A stretch of DNA of 64,000 nucleotides from Candidatus Hermodarchaeota archaeon (GTDB lineage Archaea; Asgardarchaeota; Lokiarchaeia; Sigyniarchaeales; SOKP01). The stretch covers positions 1 through 64,000 of the forward strand of contig JBHLLP010000005.1 of assembly GCA_048885525.1 (NCBI GenBank), written 5' to 3'. The notes below the pieces were generated by a model. That model saw nothing but the letters and a program-made list of their open reading frames with translations, was not told the DNA's origin and made no database searches. Shown here piece by piece: positions 20,205-30,028 of this stretch; position 1 is the stretch's first letter; each line of letters begins with the position of its first letter. Made by a program: the position numbers and the translations under genes.

Positions 20205-20681
20205 ATGATAGTTATGTACTCACTAAGAAAAGCAAATCTCAATGATATAGATAAATTGATAGATTTTCGAGTTGAGTTTTTAAAAAAAGTTCAAGATTTT
20301 CCCTCCAATAATGAAATTGAAGAATTCCGCAAAACTTTAAAGGAATATTTTTTGGAGAAAATGAAATCCAATGAATTTGTAGCTTGGATGGCAGAAATTA
20401 ATAATGAGATCATCGCTACAAGCGGGTTATCTTTTCTACAAAAACCACCTCATTTTATTAATATGACGGGAAAATTTGCTTATATTATGAATATGTATAC
20501 TAAACCTGAATGGCGTAGGAAAGGGATTGGAGCTGCGCTTCTTAAGAAATTATTTGAAGAAATAAGGAAAAAGGGGATACAATCAGTAGTTCTTCATTCT
20601 ACTCCTACTGGAAGACCATTATATGAAAAATATGGTTTTAAAGAAAATGATGGTGATAAAGAAATGATCTTAAAATTATAA
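20205..20681 (+). CDS. GNAT acetyltransferase
   Basis: NMYTKPEWRRKGIG and LYEKYGF. The start may be ATG 20214. Confidence 0.9.
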   Translation: MIVMYSLRKANLNDIDKLIDFRVEFLKKVQDFPSNNEIEEFRKTLKEYFLEKMKSNEFVAWMAEINNEIIATSGLSFLQKPPHFINMTGKFAYIMNMYTKPEWRRKGIGAALLKKLFEEIRKKGIQSVVLHSTPTGRPLYEKYGFKENDGDKEMILKL

Positions 20682-21051
20682 ATAAAGAAATTTAACAATT
20701 TATATCATTTTTAAGAATATTTGATGAGTGTAATTTTACTAGTATATATATTTAATATATTGATCGAAAATGATACATTTTCAATATGAAATGTTTGGAA
20801 ATGTTAAATTTATAAGATTTTTTTTACGAAATTCGCCAGTTTCAATTAATTGAAACCGTTGGATAAAAATTTCAAGTATTAACTCATCCTATATTACTGA
20901 AAGAGAATTGATTTGTTATAATAATTTAATTTTAATAATATAGACTATTTACAATATCATAATATATTTCTTAGAAATATTCTAAGAACTAAAAGATAAC
21001 ATCGTTAATCTTTACAATTCAGGAGGTTAGGATTAACAAAGGTGAAAAATA

Positions 21052-23028
21052 TTGTCTGATAAACAGACCAATGAAAGTGTTAACGAAGATCAACCAAGAA
21101 TAGGTGTGTTCGTATGCCATTGAGGTATCAATATCGCAGGGATCTTAGATATTCCTAAAATTGTTGAAGAAATAGACAAATTAGAAAATGTTTGGGCTTA
21201 TCCTTATTTATCTTTGTGTACTGAAGGTGGATCCACGGAAATTAAAGAGAAACACGAAGATCGAAAATTTGATAGAATTTTAGTAGCAGCTTGCACCCCA
21301 AAGACTCATCAACCCGTTTTCCATGCAATATTAAAAGAAATGGGATTGCCTCCAAGATACTTAGAATTTGTAAACATTCGAGAGCATTGTTCCTTTGTAC
21401 ATCAAGCTCCAGAAGTACGCGAAAGAGCTACATTAAAAGCCATTGAATTAATCAAAGCCGGGATCGCTCGAGCAAGATTATTGGAAGATGTACCTACTAA
21501 AACTGTACCAGTAGAACCTGCAGCTCTAGTTGTAGGTGGAGGAATTGCTGGCTTATCTGCTGCTATCGATTTAGGTGATGCTGGATATAAGGTATATTTA
21601 GTTGAAAAAAATACTACAATTGGTGGACGTATGTCTCAACTTGATAGAACATTTCCTACCGATGATTGTTCTATATGAATCTTGGGCCCAAAAATGCTTG
21701 AAGCCAATCGACATCCAAACATAGAGATCTTATCTTATAGCGATGTTGATGTTATAGATGGCTATATCGGTAATTTTGAAGTCAAAGTACGAAGAAAAGC
21801 ACGATTCGTTGATGAAACAAAATGTACTGGATGTGGTACATGTAGAGATGTGTGTCCAGTTTACACGAGTAATTATTTTGATGAACATCTATCTGCAAGA
21901 AAAGTTATTGATATTGCTTTTGCTCAAGCGGTACCAGCAGTTTCGCAACTTGAGAGAAAAGTATGCATTGAATGCTTTGCATGCGTTGATGCGTGTGAAC
22001 AAGAGGCAATTGATTTTAGTCAGCAGGATAAAATTGAAGCACTTAAAGTTGGTACAATAATAGTTGCTACGGGTTGGGACCTCTATCAAGGCGATGACTA
22101 TGGATATGGTATATATGAAAATGTCATTAACCAAATAGAATTAGAACGAATCCTTGCTCCAAATGGTCCTACTTATGGACATTTAAAGCGCCCATCTGAT
22201 GGAAAACGTCCTACAAAAGTGCTGTTCATTAATTGCGTTGGTTCACGAGATATTAATAAAAATGCTCATTGTAGTGTTATATGTTGTAATCTTTCACTTA
22301 AAAATTCCAAACTAATAAAATCAGAGTATCCTGATTCACAAATCCTTTGTACATATATAGATATGCGATGTGCTGGAAAAGATTATGAAGAATACTATAG
22401 AAGATCTCGTGATGCTGGTATAATTTTTGTTAAAGGATTAGTAGGGAAAATTGAAGAAGATCCACTAACAAAAAATCTTAAAGTACAATTTGAACCAGTT
22501 GGGACAGATACTGTAGTTTCTATGGAATTCCACATGGTTGTGTTGTCGCCTGCTTCATTACCATCTCAAGGTACAATTGAAATTGCGAGAGTGTTAAACA
22601 TGGAGAAAAGTCCTGATGGGTTCTTAAAAGAATACCACGCTCGATTAGATCCAATTAGCACAAAAGTACCCGGAATTTATATTTGCGGTTCTGCTCAAGG
22701 GCAAAAAGAAATTGATAAATCGGTAAGTCAAGCGAGAGGAGCAGCATCAGTAGCAGGTATTCCAATGGGGAAGGGAGAATATACGATGGAATTAATCAGA
22801 GCTTCTCCCTCAGATGAACGATGTGCTAAATGCTATAAATGTATAGAAGCTTGTCCATACACAGCAATTTCAGTAAATGAAAAAGGAAATATTGTAGTTG
22901 ACCTAATAAATTGTCGCGGTTGTGGAACATGTGCGGGTCTATGTCCTTCAAAGGCAATTGAATTAACATACTTTAGAGATGATCAATATATGGCATTAGT
23001 AGATGAATTATTACCAATAGAGGAATAG
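21052..23028 (+). CDS. hdrA: Heterodisulfide reductase subunit A, selenoprotein (658 aa; Sec at codons 24 and 209)
   Basis: One frame runs from TTG 21052, with GGTGA RBS at 21041-21045. TGA 21121-21123 lies in RIGVFVCH-U-GINIAG and TGA 21676-21678 in FPTDDCSI-U-ILGPKM. Both are conserved HdrA Cys positions. This joins ORF-track pieces 21214..21678 and 21682..23028. Ends in TAG. Confidence 0.93.
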
Positions 23029-23041
23029 AGAGGTAGATAAA

Positions 23042-23500
23042 ATGGCAGAAGCAAATGATATTAAAATAATTGTTTATGCTTGCTGGAAATGAGGTTATGG
23101 TTCTGCTGATATGGCTGGTACTATTAGAGCACAATATCCAGATTCGATTAGAAATGTTTTAGTACCATGCTCGGGACGTGTAGGATCAGACTTAATAATG
23201 CGAGCATTTGGAAGAGGTGCAGATGGAGTAGTAATTAATGCTTGATATCCAGGTGAATGTGATTATGAAACAGGAAATTACCACGCATATAGACAAGTTG
23301 AATACGTTAAAGAAATTTTAAGAGTTGTTGGTATGAGTCCAGAGAGAATTAAGATAATCTACTGTACTGCTGCTGAAGGTCAAAAATTCCAAAATGAAGC
23401 TATAGAAATTGATAAAATAATCAGGAAATTAGGACCAAGTCCTCTACGTACAAAAGGCACACCTAAAAAAGAAAAAGCTAAGGCGAAAGCTAAAGCTTAA
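23042..23500 (+). CDS. mvhD: MvhD/VhuD [2Fe-2S] hydrogenase subunit D, selenoprotein (152 aa; Sec at codons 17 and 68)
   Basis: Missing from the ORF track. Translates as MAEANDIKIIVYACWK-U-GYGSADMAG..VPCSGRV..GADGVVINA-U-YPGECDYETGN..GMSPERI..CTAAEGQKF..LGPSPL. TGAs at 23090-23092 and 23243-23245. GAGGT RBS at 23030-23034. Ends in TAA. Confidence 0.93.
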
Positions 23501-23508
23501 AAAATTTA

Positions 23509-23582
23509 ATGTGTTGACTGATGAAGCTGAGTTAAAAAAAACGAGAGCTCAGTTGAAGAAATGGGTGCACCATATAACACAT
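23509..23582 (+). promoter_or_regulatory. Eukaryote-type SECIS element
   Basis: Lower helix AUGUGUUG (23509-16) pairs with UAACACAU (23575-82). Core AUGA (23521-24) sits opposite GA (23555-56). Upper 9-bp helix 23525-33 pairs with 23546-54. The apical loop AAAAAAAACGAG is A-rich. Confidence 0.88.
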
Positions 23583-23689
23583 AAAAATGGTTTGATAAAA
23601 TTTAATATAAATATTTATAATTTATTTTAAAAAATTTGGGAAATTTAAGAAAATATAAAAGTATTGTAAATAGTTAGAGTTGGAATTAC

Positions 23690-24829
23690 ATGGAAGCAAT
23701 GGCAGAATATTTGATAAAGATTGAAGATTTCCCCAAAATCTTGGCAATTTTACTAAAAGAGAAAACGGTAGACAAAATTATCGGTGCTGAATTGAGAGTT
23801 GATAAGAAATCTGGTAATATAGATAGATTTACTGTTCAGCCTAAGTTAGCAGAAAAAGAGGAAGATCTAAAGGATTTTCCATTAACTCCTTTAATTGCAT
23901 TTGGATATGCTAGAACTGATTCTGCTTCAAAATTTTTACATAAATCCGTGGAGGGTGCAATGAAGGAGAAAGTAGGTCTTATTGCACGGCCATGTGATAC
24001 AAGAGCATTAATTGAGCTTGCTAAAATAAAACAGGTAAATCTTGATAATCTTTTTATAATTGGTATTGAAGATAGAGGGATGCTTCCTAAAGCAGGAAGA
24101 GAGATGAGATCTATTAAAGATGTTGATCCTATTAAAATCCTTAAAGAAAAAGTTGGAGATAAAGGTCTTATTGTCAAGATGGAAGATGGAACAACTAAAG
24201 AGTTAGAGCTTACTGTTGCTGAGAATTGTTTGAGATGCTATCGAAAAATTCCAGTTATAGCGGATTTAACTGTTAGCGATCTTGGTATTCCAGTTGATTC
24301 AGACGAGATAATTTTAAAGGTATATTCAGATAAAGGAAGTGAGATTCTAGAAAAATCAGGTGTAAAAGCAAAAACACTACCAGATAAAGAAAAGAAAGCT
24401 CATCTAGCAAAATATACTGAAATAATCGATAAAGCAAAAGAAAAGCGAACAAAGGATTTAGAAGAATGGGAGAAGCTTTCACAAGAAGAAAAAATAGCAG
24501 AACTTCTTAAATGCACGATGTGCAACACTTGTATAAGAGGATGCCCAGTTTGCTACTGTGTGGATTGTATTTTGCAGAAAAAGAGAAAGGCCAAAAACAT
24601 TGATAAAGCAACATATCAATTAACGCGTATAGCACATGATGCTGATAGATGCGTAGAATGTGGAAACTGTGATAATAACTGTCCTCAGAATCTACCTTTA
24701 TCACTATATTTTCAATCATTAAATGAAGCCTTTAAGAAGAAGTTTAAATACGAGGCAGGCATGTCTCTTGAGGATATTCCGTTTCGATCTGGAAAAGCAA
24801 TTTCCCAGATGGAATTAGAAAAAACATAA
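23690..24829 (+). CDS. FdhB/FrhB-family flavin/Fe-S subunit
   Basis: ARPCDTRALIEL, CLRC..ADLTVSD, CTMCNTCIRGCPVCYC and CVECGNCDNNCP. Confidence 0.85.
   Translation: MEAMAEYLIKIEDFPKILAILLKEKTVDKIIGAELRVDKKSGNIDRFTVQPKLAEKEEDLKDFPLTPLIAFGYARTDSASKFLHKSVEGAMKEKVGLIARPCDTRALIELAKIKQVNLDNLFIIGIEDRGMLPKAGREMRSIKDVDPIKILKEKVGDKGLIVKMEDGTTKELELTVAENCLRCYRKIPVIADLTVSDLGIPVDSDEIILKVYSDKGSEILEKSGVKAKTLPDKEKKAHLAKYTEIIDKAKEKRTKDLEEWEKLSQEEKIAELLKCTMCNTCIRGCPVCYCVDCILQKKRKAKNIDKATYQLTRIAHDADRCVECGNCDNNCPQNLPLSLYFQSLNEAFKKKFKYEAGMSLEDIPFRSGKAISQMELEKT
24788..24829 (+). repeat. Gene-tail direct repeat C1
   Basis: TCTGGAAAAGCAATTTCCCAGATGGAATTAGAAAAAACATAA matches 28521-28562 at 37/42 nt. Confidence 0.9.
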
Positions 24830-24921
24830 ATAATAACTTATTTTTTAATTTTCTTTTTTATAGATTTAGGTTTTTAAGTTCCTAAAGAACTTTAGATTTT
24901 CACTTTTTTATTATAATTTTT

Positions 24922-26193
24922 TTATATGTATGAACTAAAGAGACTTATTATTTTTGGAAACATAGTCTCAATTAGAGATTTTGATGTATTATTTACTATA
25001 GCATCTTTAATAATGTGATTTATCTCATCAATAGTCCTATCTCCCAATAGTAGTTTAAATAAAAGTGCTCCAGGAATCATGAGGTCAGTAGTTCTAGGAT
25101 TTGGATATTCTTTTTTAATTTCAATTTTCTCGATTTTTCCGTTATTAAAAGTTAATACAATAGTTTCATTATAATTGCTAATTCTTATAGTTTTAGTTAG
25201 TCCTTTAAATTCAGAATGATTTAGTCTCCTTTCAATTAAATTTTTTACAAAGTGAAAAAACTTTTTTAAATTTGGAATTTTTACTTGCCATCCATAGGTT
25301 GAAACTGGTTTTCCCCCTAATGATTTGATATAATCAAACAATGGTGAATGTTCACTAACACTAAATGTGATTACATCATTTGCTTTATACTTTCCCATCT
25401 TTTTAATAAATTGAAGCAAGCTTATCATCTCGTTTTTAGATAAATTAGGAGTAGTTATTTCATAATTTTGATTATCATAACTCATTCCAACAGAAAAATA
25501 ATTTGTGGGGATACTAAGTTCATTAAAAATGTAAGTGGATCGAACTTCTGAATTAAATATATCATTTAAGTATTTAAATTTAAAAGATTCTGGTTCAAAC
25601 CTGTTAAAGATATAGAAACGCTTATGGAATTGATTATATTTTGTTTTAATAAAAGAAAGGTCCTTAGAATTAGCTTTTCTTATGTTAAGGTTCTCATATT
25701 TTTTATTAGGGATTTTGGATGCTGGAATCGCTATTCTTTCATCGAGAGATGAAACATATTCATATCCTAACTTACGATAAAAATAGGGGATACCTCTTAT
25801 AACTGAAAGAATATAACCATTTTGGTCAATTATTTTTTCATAAAGCTTGTTTAAAAGTTTAACGAAGCCTTTTTCTCTATATTCTTCAAGAGTTCCAACA
25901 AATTCCATTTCACATATTGGTAATGGAATGTCTTCAATTTGCCATTCTATAGGAGATAGACATATCAAAGAGATTAGTTTATTTAATTTATCATCCTTGA
26001 TATATAACCACAAAATCTCATTTCTTCCCGGATGTTCTAAAAAAATATTTGGAATATAAGTCTTTAATACCTCTTCTTGATGAACTTCCATACTAAAATT
26101 AACTATAGATTTTAATTCGTCTTCGCTATCAGCAGCAATGTGAATACTGTAGCGATCATCGATTTTCGCAATATAACCTTTTCGAAATTCCAT
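24922..26193 (-). CDS. Eis-like GNAT acetyltransferase
   Basis: EFVGTLEEYREKG, GIPYFYRKLGYEY and an SCP2-like C-terminus. Confidence 0.8.
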   Translation of the reverse strand: MEFRKGYIAKIDDRYSIHIAADSEDELKSIVNFSMEVHQEEVLKTYIPNIFLEHPGRNEILWLYIKDDKLNKLISLICLSPIEWQIEDIPLPICEMEFVGTLEEYREKGFVKLLNKLYEKIIDQNGYILSVIRGIPYFYRKLGYEYVSSLDERIAIPASKIPNKKYENLNIRKANSKDLSFIKTKYNQFHKRFYIFNRFEPESFKFKYLNDIFNSEVRSTYIFNELSIPTNYFSVGMSYDNQNYEITTPNLSKNEMISLLQFIKKMGKYKANDVITFSVSEHSPLFDYIKSLGGKPVSTYGWQVKIPNLKKFFHFVKNLIERRLNHSEFKGLTKTIRISNYNETIVLTFNNGKIEKIEIKKEYPNPRTTDLMIPGALLFKLLLGDRTIDEINHIIKDAIVNNTSKSLIETMFPKIISLFSSYI

Positions 26194-26386
26194 AATTTTG
26201 AAAATAGTTAGCTCTTTTTCAATCTATTTAATTCCTAAGTTGCTGGTAGTTGTAAATCTTTGGAAAAATTCCGTTATTTTGATTTGAAAAATAGATATGA
26301 AAAGTGTGTTTATAAATTATCCATATATCTTAATATATATAATTAATTATCAATTTAAGGTAAAATCCCAAATTTATAGTTTTATC

Positions 26387-26557
26387 ATGAATGAAGAAAA
26401 TATACAAAACGAGTTAAAAGAAATTGGTCAAAAACTTGATAGAATCGGGAAGCTTAATAATAACATACTAACTACACTCACGATATTAGTTATTATATTA
26501 ATTATTCTCGTTTTTATGTGTTTCATATATTTCTCAGGTCATTTCCCTCCAATATAG
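26387..26557 (+). CDS. Small single-pass membrane protein
   Basis: Coiled-coil-like MNEENIQNELKEIGQKLDRI followed by a hydrophobic stretch. ATG 26387 preferred over 26297. Confidence 0.55.
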   Translation: MNEENIQNELKEIGQKLDRIGKLNNNILTTLTILVIILIILVFMCFIYFSGHFPPI

Positions 26558-26637
26558 TAATTTAAGTTTTTGAAATTGGATTATCTAATTTGAGATTTAA
26601 GTTCTCAATTTGATTCTGTTTTATTTATAAATAGAAT

Positions 26638-28416
26638 TCACTTCTTTGGAGTCTTAATATCATTTTCCGATGATATCTCAATCCCTTCTTCCTTTTCATA
26701 AGGTTTAATCGGTTTAGAGGGATTAATAGGAGTATTACAACCCCAACAAAGATTTTCTAAATCTATCAGCGTCTTGGCACAATTCTGACAGTAAATTGTA
26801 TTACATTCTGGACAAATATAGATATTAAACCTCTCGATATCTCCCTTACAAACCAAACATACCTTTCTTTCTTTATGAACTGAAATTTTTTCAATAGTCA
26901 TATGTGTTATGAATGACATCCGATTATGCAACATCCCTTGGATTTGGTCTTCTATATGGGCAAGTTTCATGCGTTCAGTTAAGGGTGCATTTGATTCTTT
27001 TAATTTTTCCCATACGTCTAATTGTTTGAGTAATTTTTCCTGCTCATTTGAAACTTTCATTGCCAACAGTTTATAATTATGCCTTTCGGCTATTTGTTGA
27101 GCTTGGGTCAAGAATCGTCTAGCTTCTTTTATATTCAAAACTATTAACGATAGTCTGGCTTGTAATAGGTAAGTTTCGGCTAGTAACAAGTGTGAACGGC
27201 TTTTCTCAGCTATATCCAATAGTTGAGTAATAAAAGATTGTAACTCCTCTAATATTTCAAGATCACTGGTAATGCGTAAATCAATTAAGAGTAAATCGCA
27301 AAGATTAAGCAGCGTAAAAGTCAAGAAATCAAAATCAAAAGTTTCTTTAAGACAGTGTTTGAGTATTTTTTCGGCTCTCCCCCGATTAATAGCTCTTAGG
27401 TTAGTTTTCAACATTATTGCCTTATTCATGCGATACACCAGTTTTGATAATTCGCTAATTCCTTGATCTTTGATTTGCTTCAAACGCATTAAGTATTGCC
27501 GCGCTTGTTCAAGATCGTTCATATCTAAAGCTACGTGAAATAGTGAATCGAGTACTTTCCATGGGGAAGAAGTAATGCTTTCCCAAATTTCTAAGCTTCG
27601 CTTTAGGTATTCTTGTGCATGAAATAAGTCGCCTTTTTGTTGATATATTCCCCCAATATTATTAAGAAATCCCGCAATATCCCTTTTAGAATTCAATTTT
27701 TCCGCAATTACTAAACCCTGTTTATTATAATCTAGAGCATTATCTAAATCTCCTTTATATAAGTAAATTGTCCCTATTGTTGCATAACTTCGCGAAATAT
27801 TCCGATTGAAATGGTCTTCTTCAAGTGCCAAACCTCGTTTAGCGTATTCTAAAGCACGATCTAGATCACCTTTAAGAGCTATAATAAATCCACAACGATT
27901 AAGGCACCGCGCAATATTTCGCTCTAATCCATATTCCTCTCCTATTTTCAAGCTATGCTTAAGGTGATCCATGGAGGTATCTAATTCACCTTTACTTTCA
28001 TATATAAGACCTTTTATAAAAGAAATAGCCACTTTCTTTCGCGCAAGTTCTTTTGATGATAAATCTATCATTTCAAAGAGCACATCTTCATTATTAGAAA
28101 GTACTTCTAACGCTTTTTCCTCTTGATTCAGCCATACTAAAGATTCAGCCATAATAAGGGAAGCATCAAGCAATTGAAGACGGTTTTTCAATTTTTTACT
28201 CTCTTGATATACTTGTTCTGCTAATTTAAGCGCTTCTTGGTCTTGACCTAATCTACTTAAGCTGATACTTTTGAGGAGGTCGTAAGAAACTTGCTCTTGA
28301 GTGGTGAGAATTGTGTTTTCACTCAAATTATTTAGAGTTTGGAGGGCTTCGTAAAATTTTCCTTTCTCTTGGAGCTGTTTTGCTTGAATTAGTTCCTTAA
28401 TTTCTGAATTTTGCAT
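26638..28416 (-). CDS. TPR-repeat protein with C-terminal Cys-rich zinc finger
   Basis: Repeated LNNIGxIYxxKGDLxxA-type TPRs and a C-terminal CLVC..CPEC..CQNC..CWGC. Confidence 0.88.
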   Translation of the reverse strand: MQNSEIKELIQAKQLQEKGKFYEALQTLNNLSENTILTTQEQVSYDLLKSISLSRLGQDQEALKLAEQVYQESKKLKNRLQLLDASLIMAESLVWLNQEEKALEVLSNNEDVLFEMIDLSSKELARKKVAISFIKGLIYESKGELDTSMDHLKHSLKIGEEYGLERNIARCLNRCGFIIALKGDLDRALEYAKRGLALEEDHFNRNISRSYATIGTIYLYKGDLDNALDYNKQGLVIAEKLNSKRDIAGFLNNIGGIYQQKGDLFHAQEYLKRSLEIWESITSSPWKVLDSLFHVALDMNDLEQARQYLMRLKQIKDQGISELSKLVYRMNKAIMLKTNLRAINRGRAEKILKHCLKETFDFDFLTFTLLNLCDLLLIDLRITSDLEILEELQSFITQLLDIAEKSRSHLLLAETYLLQARLSLIVLNIKEARRFLTQAQQIAERHNYKLLAMKVSNEQEKLLKQLDVWEKLKESNAPLTERMKLAHIEDQIQGMLHNRMSFITHMTIEKISVHKERKVCLVCKGDIERFNIYICPECNTIYCQNCAKTLIDLENLCWGCNTPINPSKPIKPYEKEEGIEISSENDIKTPKK

Positions 28417-28520
28417 TTAATTATCTCAATAGAATAAATATTACAAACTTGTCCAAAACGTTTTAAATACAATTAATAAAGTAAGTTAGTTTTCAATTTA
28501 AATGTAATTTATAATTTCAG

Positions 28521-28562
28521 TCTGAAAAAGCAATTGCCAAGATGGAATTAGAAAAAATTTAA
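28521..28562 (+). repeat. Gene-tail direct repeat C2 (orphan copy)
   Basis: Reads SEKAIAKMELEKI* against SGKAISQMELEKT* at the end of the FdhB-like gene. Confidence 0.9.
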
Positions 28563-28595
28563 TTACTTTTTTTAAAATTCTAGAGTTTTATTATT

Positions 28596-29843
28596 TCAAA
28601 TTTGATGTTCAGCTTTTCCTATATGGTCAAGCTTATGAATATCAGTGAATATCCATATTAATATTGTAACAGCAATTCCAATAATAATACTGAAGAGATA
28701 TAGATTTTTAATGCCGAGCAATACCGCAAGTGGTCCCGATAAAAATGACCCAATAGGCATTATAGCAAAAGTCAACGAGTGGTCAAGTGAAACAATTCTT
28801 CCTACTTTATCAGAAGGAACAGAGCTTTGTAGTAGAGTTGCATAGTTTACAATTATGAAATTAAAAGACATTCCTTGAATAAATAATCCAATTCCCATAA
28901 CAATAAAATGTCCTATTGGTGCGATTATTAAAAAAGAGTATCCTAAAAAGATCATCAATGTACCAAACATCATTATGAAGGTTTTATGCCAATATTCTTT
29001 TTTAAATGAATTAATTATCCCGCCAGTGATATTGGCTACTGACATGAACATTGAGACAAATGCTAAATTGATTGGATTGCCATTATGGATTTCTTTAATA
29101 AAATAAGGTAATAAAACAGAAAACGGTCTCCAAAGAAAGTTTATAACCATAGCAAAGAATATTAGACTTAATAACCCAGGAACAGCTTTAACTGTTTTTA
29201 ATCCCAATTTAAACTCGTGAAAAAATGAAGTCTTTCCTTCTTCTTTAGTAACTTGGCTCACCGAAGGAATTGTAATGAAAAGCAATGGGATAAGCGCAAT
29301 TATAAACGTAATAATATCAATCATAAAAATTAGTTCAATGGGTAGAATTAACAAAAGAATTCCTCCCAAAATTGGTCCAATAATAAATATGAAACTATTG
29401 AATACATTATTTATTGCATTAACTCTATTCAATCTATCTTTTGGCACCATTGAAGGTATGATAGCGTTAAAAGCCGGTAAATGAAATGCCTGAAGTATAC
29501 TGCGAATAGTATTAACTGAAAGAACTAGCCAAACATTTGTAAGACCAAAAAAAAATAAAAGAGACAATCCGAAAGTTACACACGCTTGAATAGCATCTAT
29601 AGAAATTATAATATATTTTCGATTTAATCTATCTACTAATACTCCCGCAATCGGCGCAATAAAAATTTGAGGTACAATATATAGAACTGATGATAAAGAA
29701 AGATAAATAGGATTATCAGCGATCCACCAACTTATTACAAAATAAACAATTGAGGAACCGAGTAAAGAAAATTCTTGTCCGAATAGGAAATAAAAGAAGT
29801 TTTTGTAGTACTTTTTTGATGAATTTTCTTCCAATAATATCAA
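28596..29843 (-). CDS. MFS transporter (DHA3/Mef-like)
   Basis: GQEFSLLGS, AGVLVDRLNRK and about 12 TM segments. Confidence 0.9.
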   Translation of the reverse strand: MILLEENSSKKYYKNFFYFLFGQEFSLLGSSIVYFVISWWIADNPIYLSLSSVLYIVPQIFIAPIAGVLVDRLNRKYIIISIDAIQACVTFGLSLLFFFGLTNVWLVLSVNTIRSILQAFHLPAFNAIIPSMVPKDRLNRVNAINNVFNSFIFIIGPILGGILLLILPIELIFMIDIITFIIALIPLLFITIPSVSQVTKEEGKTSFFHEFKLGLKTVKAVPGLLSLIFFAMVINFLWRPFSVLLPYFIKEIHNGNPINLAFVSMFMSVANITGGIINSFKKEYWHKTFIMMFGTLMIFLGYSFLIIAPIGHFIVMGIGLFIQGMSFNFIIVNYATLLQSSVPSDKVGRIVSLDHSLTFAIMPIGSFLSGPLAVLLGIKNLYLFSIIIGIAVTILIWIFTDIHKLDHIGKAEHQI

Positions 29844-30028
29844 CTGCCAATTAATTTAAAAATTAAATGTTTCTTGAGTTTTTAATTCTATGATTTCTTG
29901 TTATTTTAAGTCGAAATATGTAGGTTTAGAAAGAAATACTAATTTTTTTAAATGTTATTTTTTTAGCTTAAATAAGCTTCTTGGTAAAATACATTTAAGA
30001 ATTATAAAAGTCTTGATGAAGAGATAAT

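Noticed and set aside
21214-23028. ORF-track split of hdrA into 154-aa and 448-aa genes, or a pseudogene call
   Set aside because: The pieces are in one frame separated only by TGA at conserved Cys sites, and a SECIS is present. Sec recoding is the simpler explanation.
12603-28562. Tail repeats as att sites of a provirus or as IS target-site duplications
   Set aside because: No integrase, transposase or terminal inverted repeats. The three repeats are unrelated in sequence and diverged in a coding-like way. A trans-acting recombinase cannot be fully excluded.
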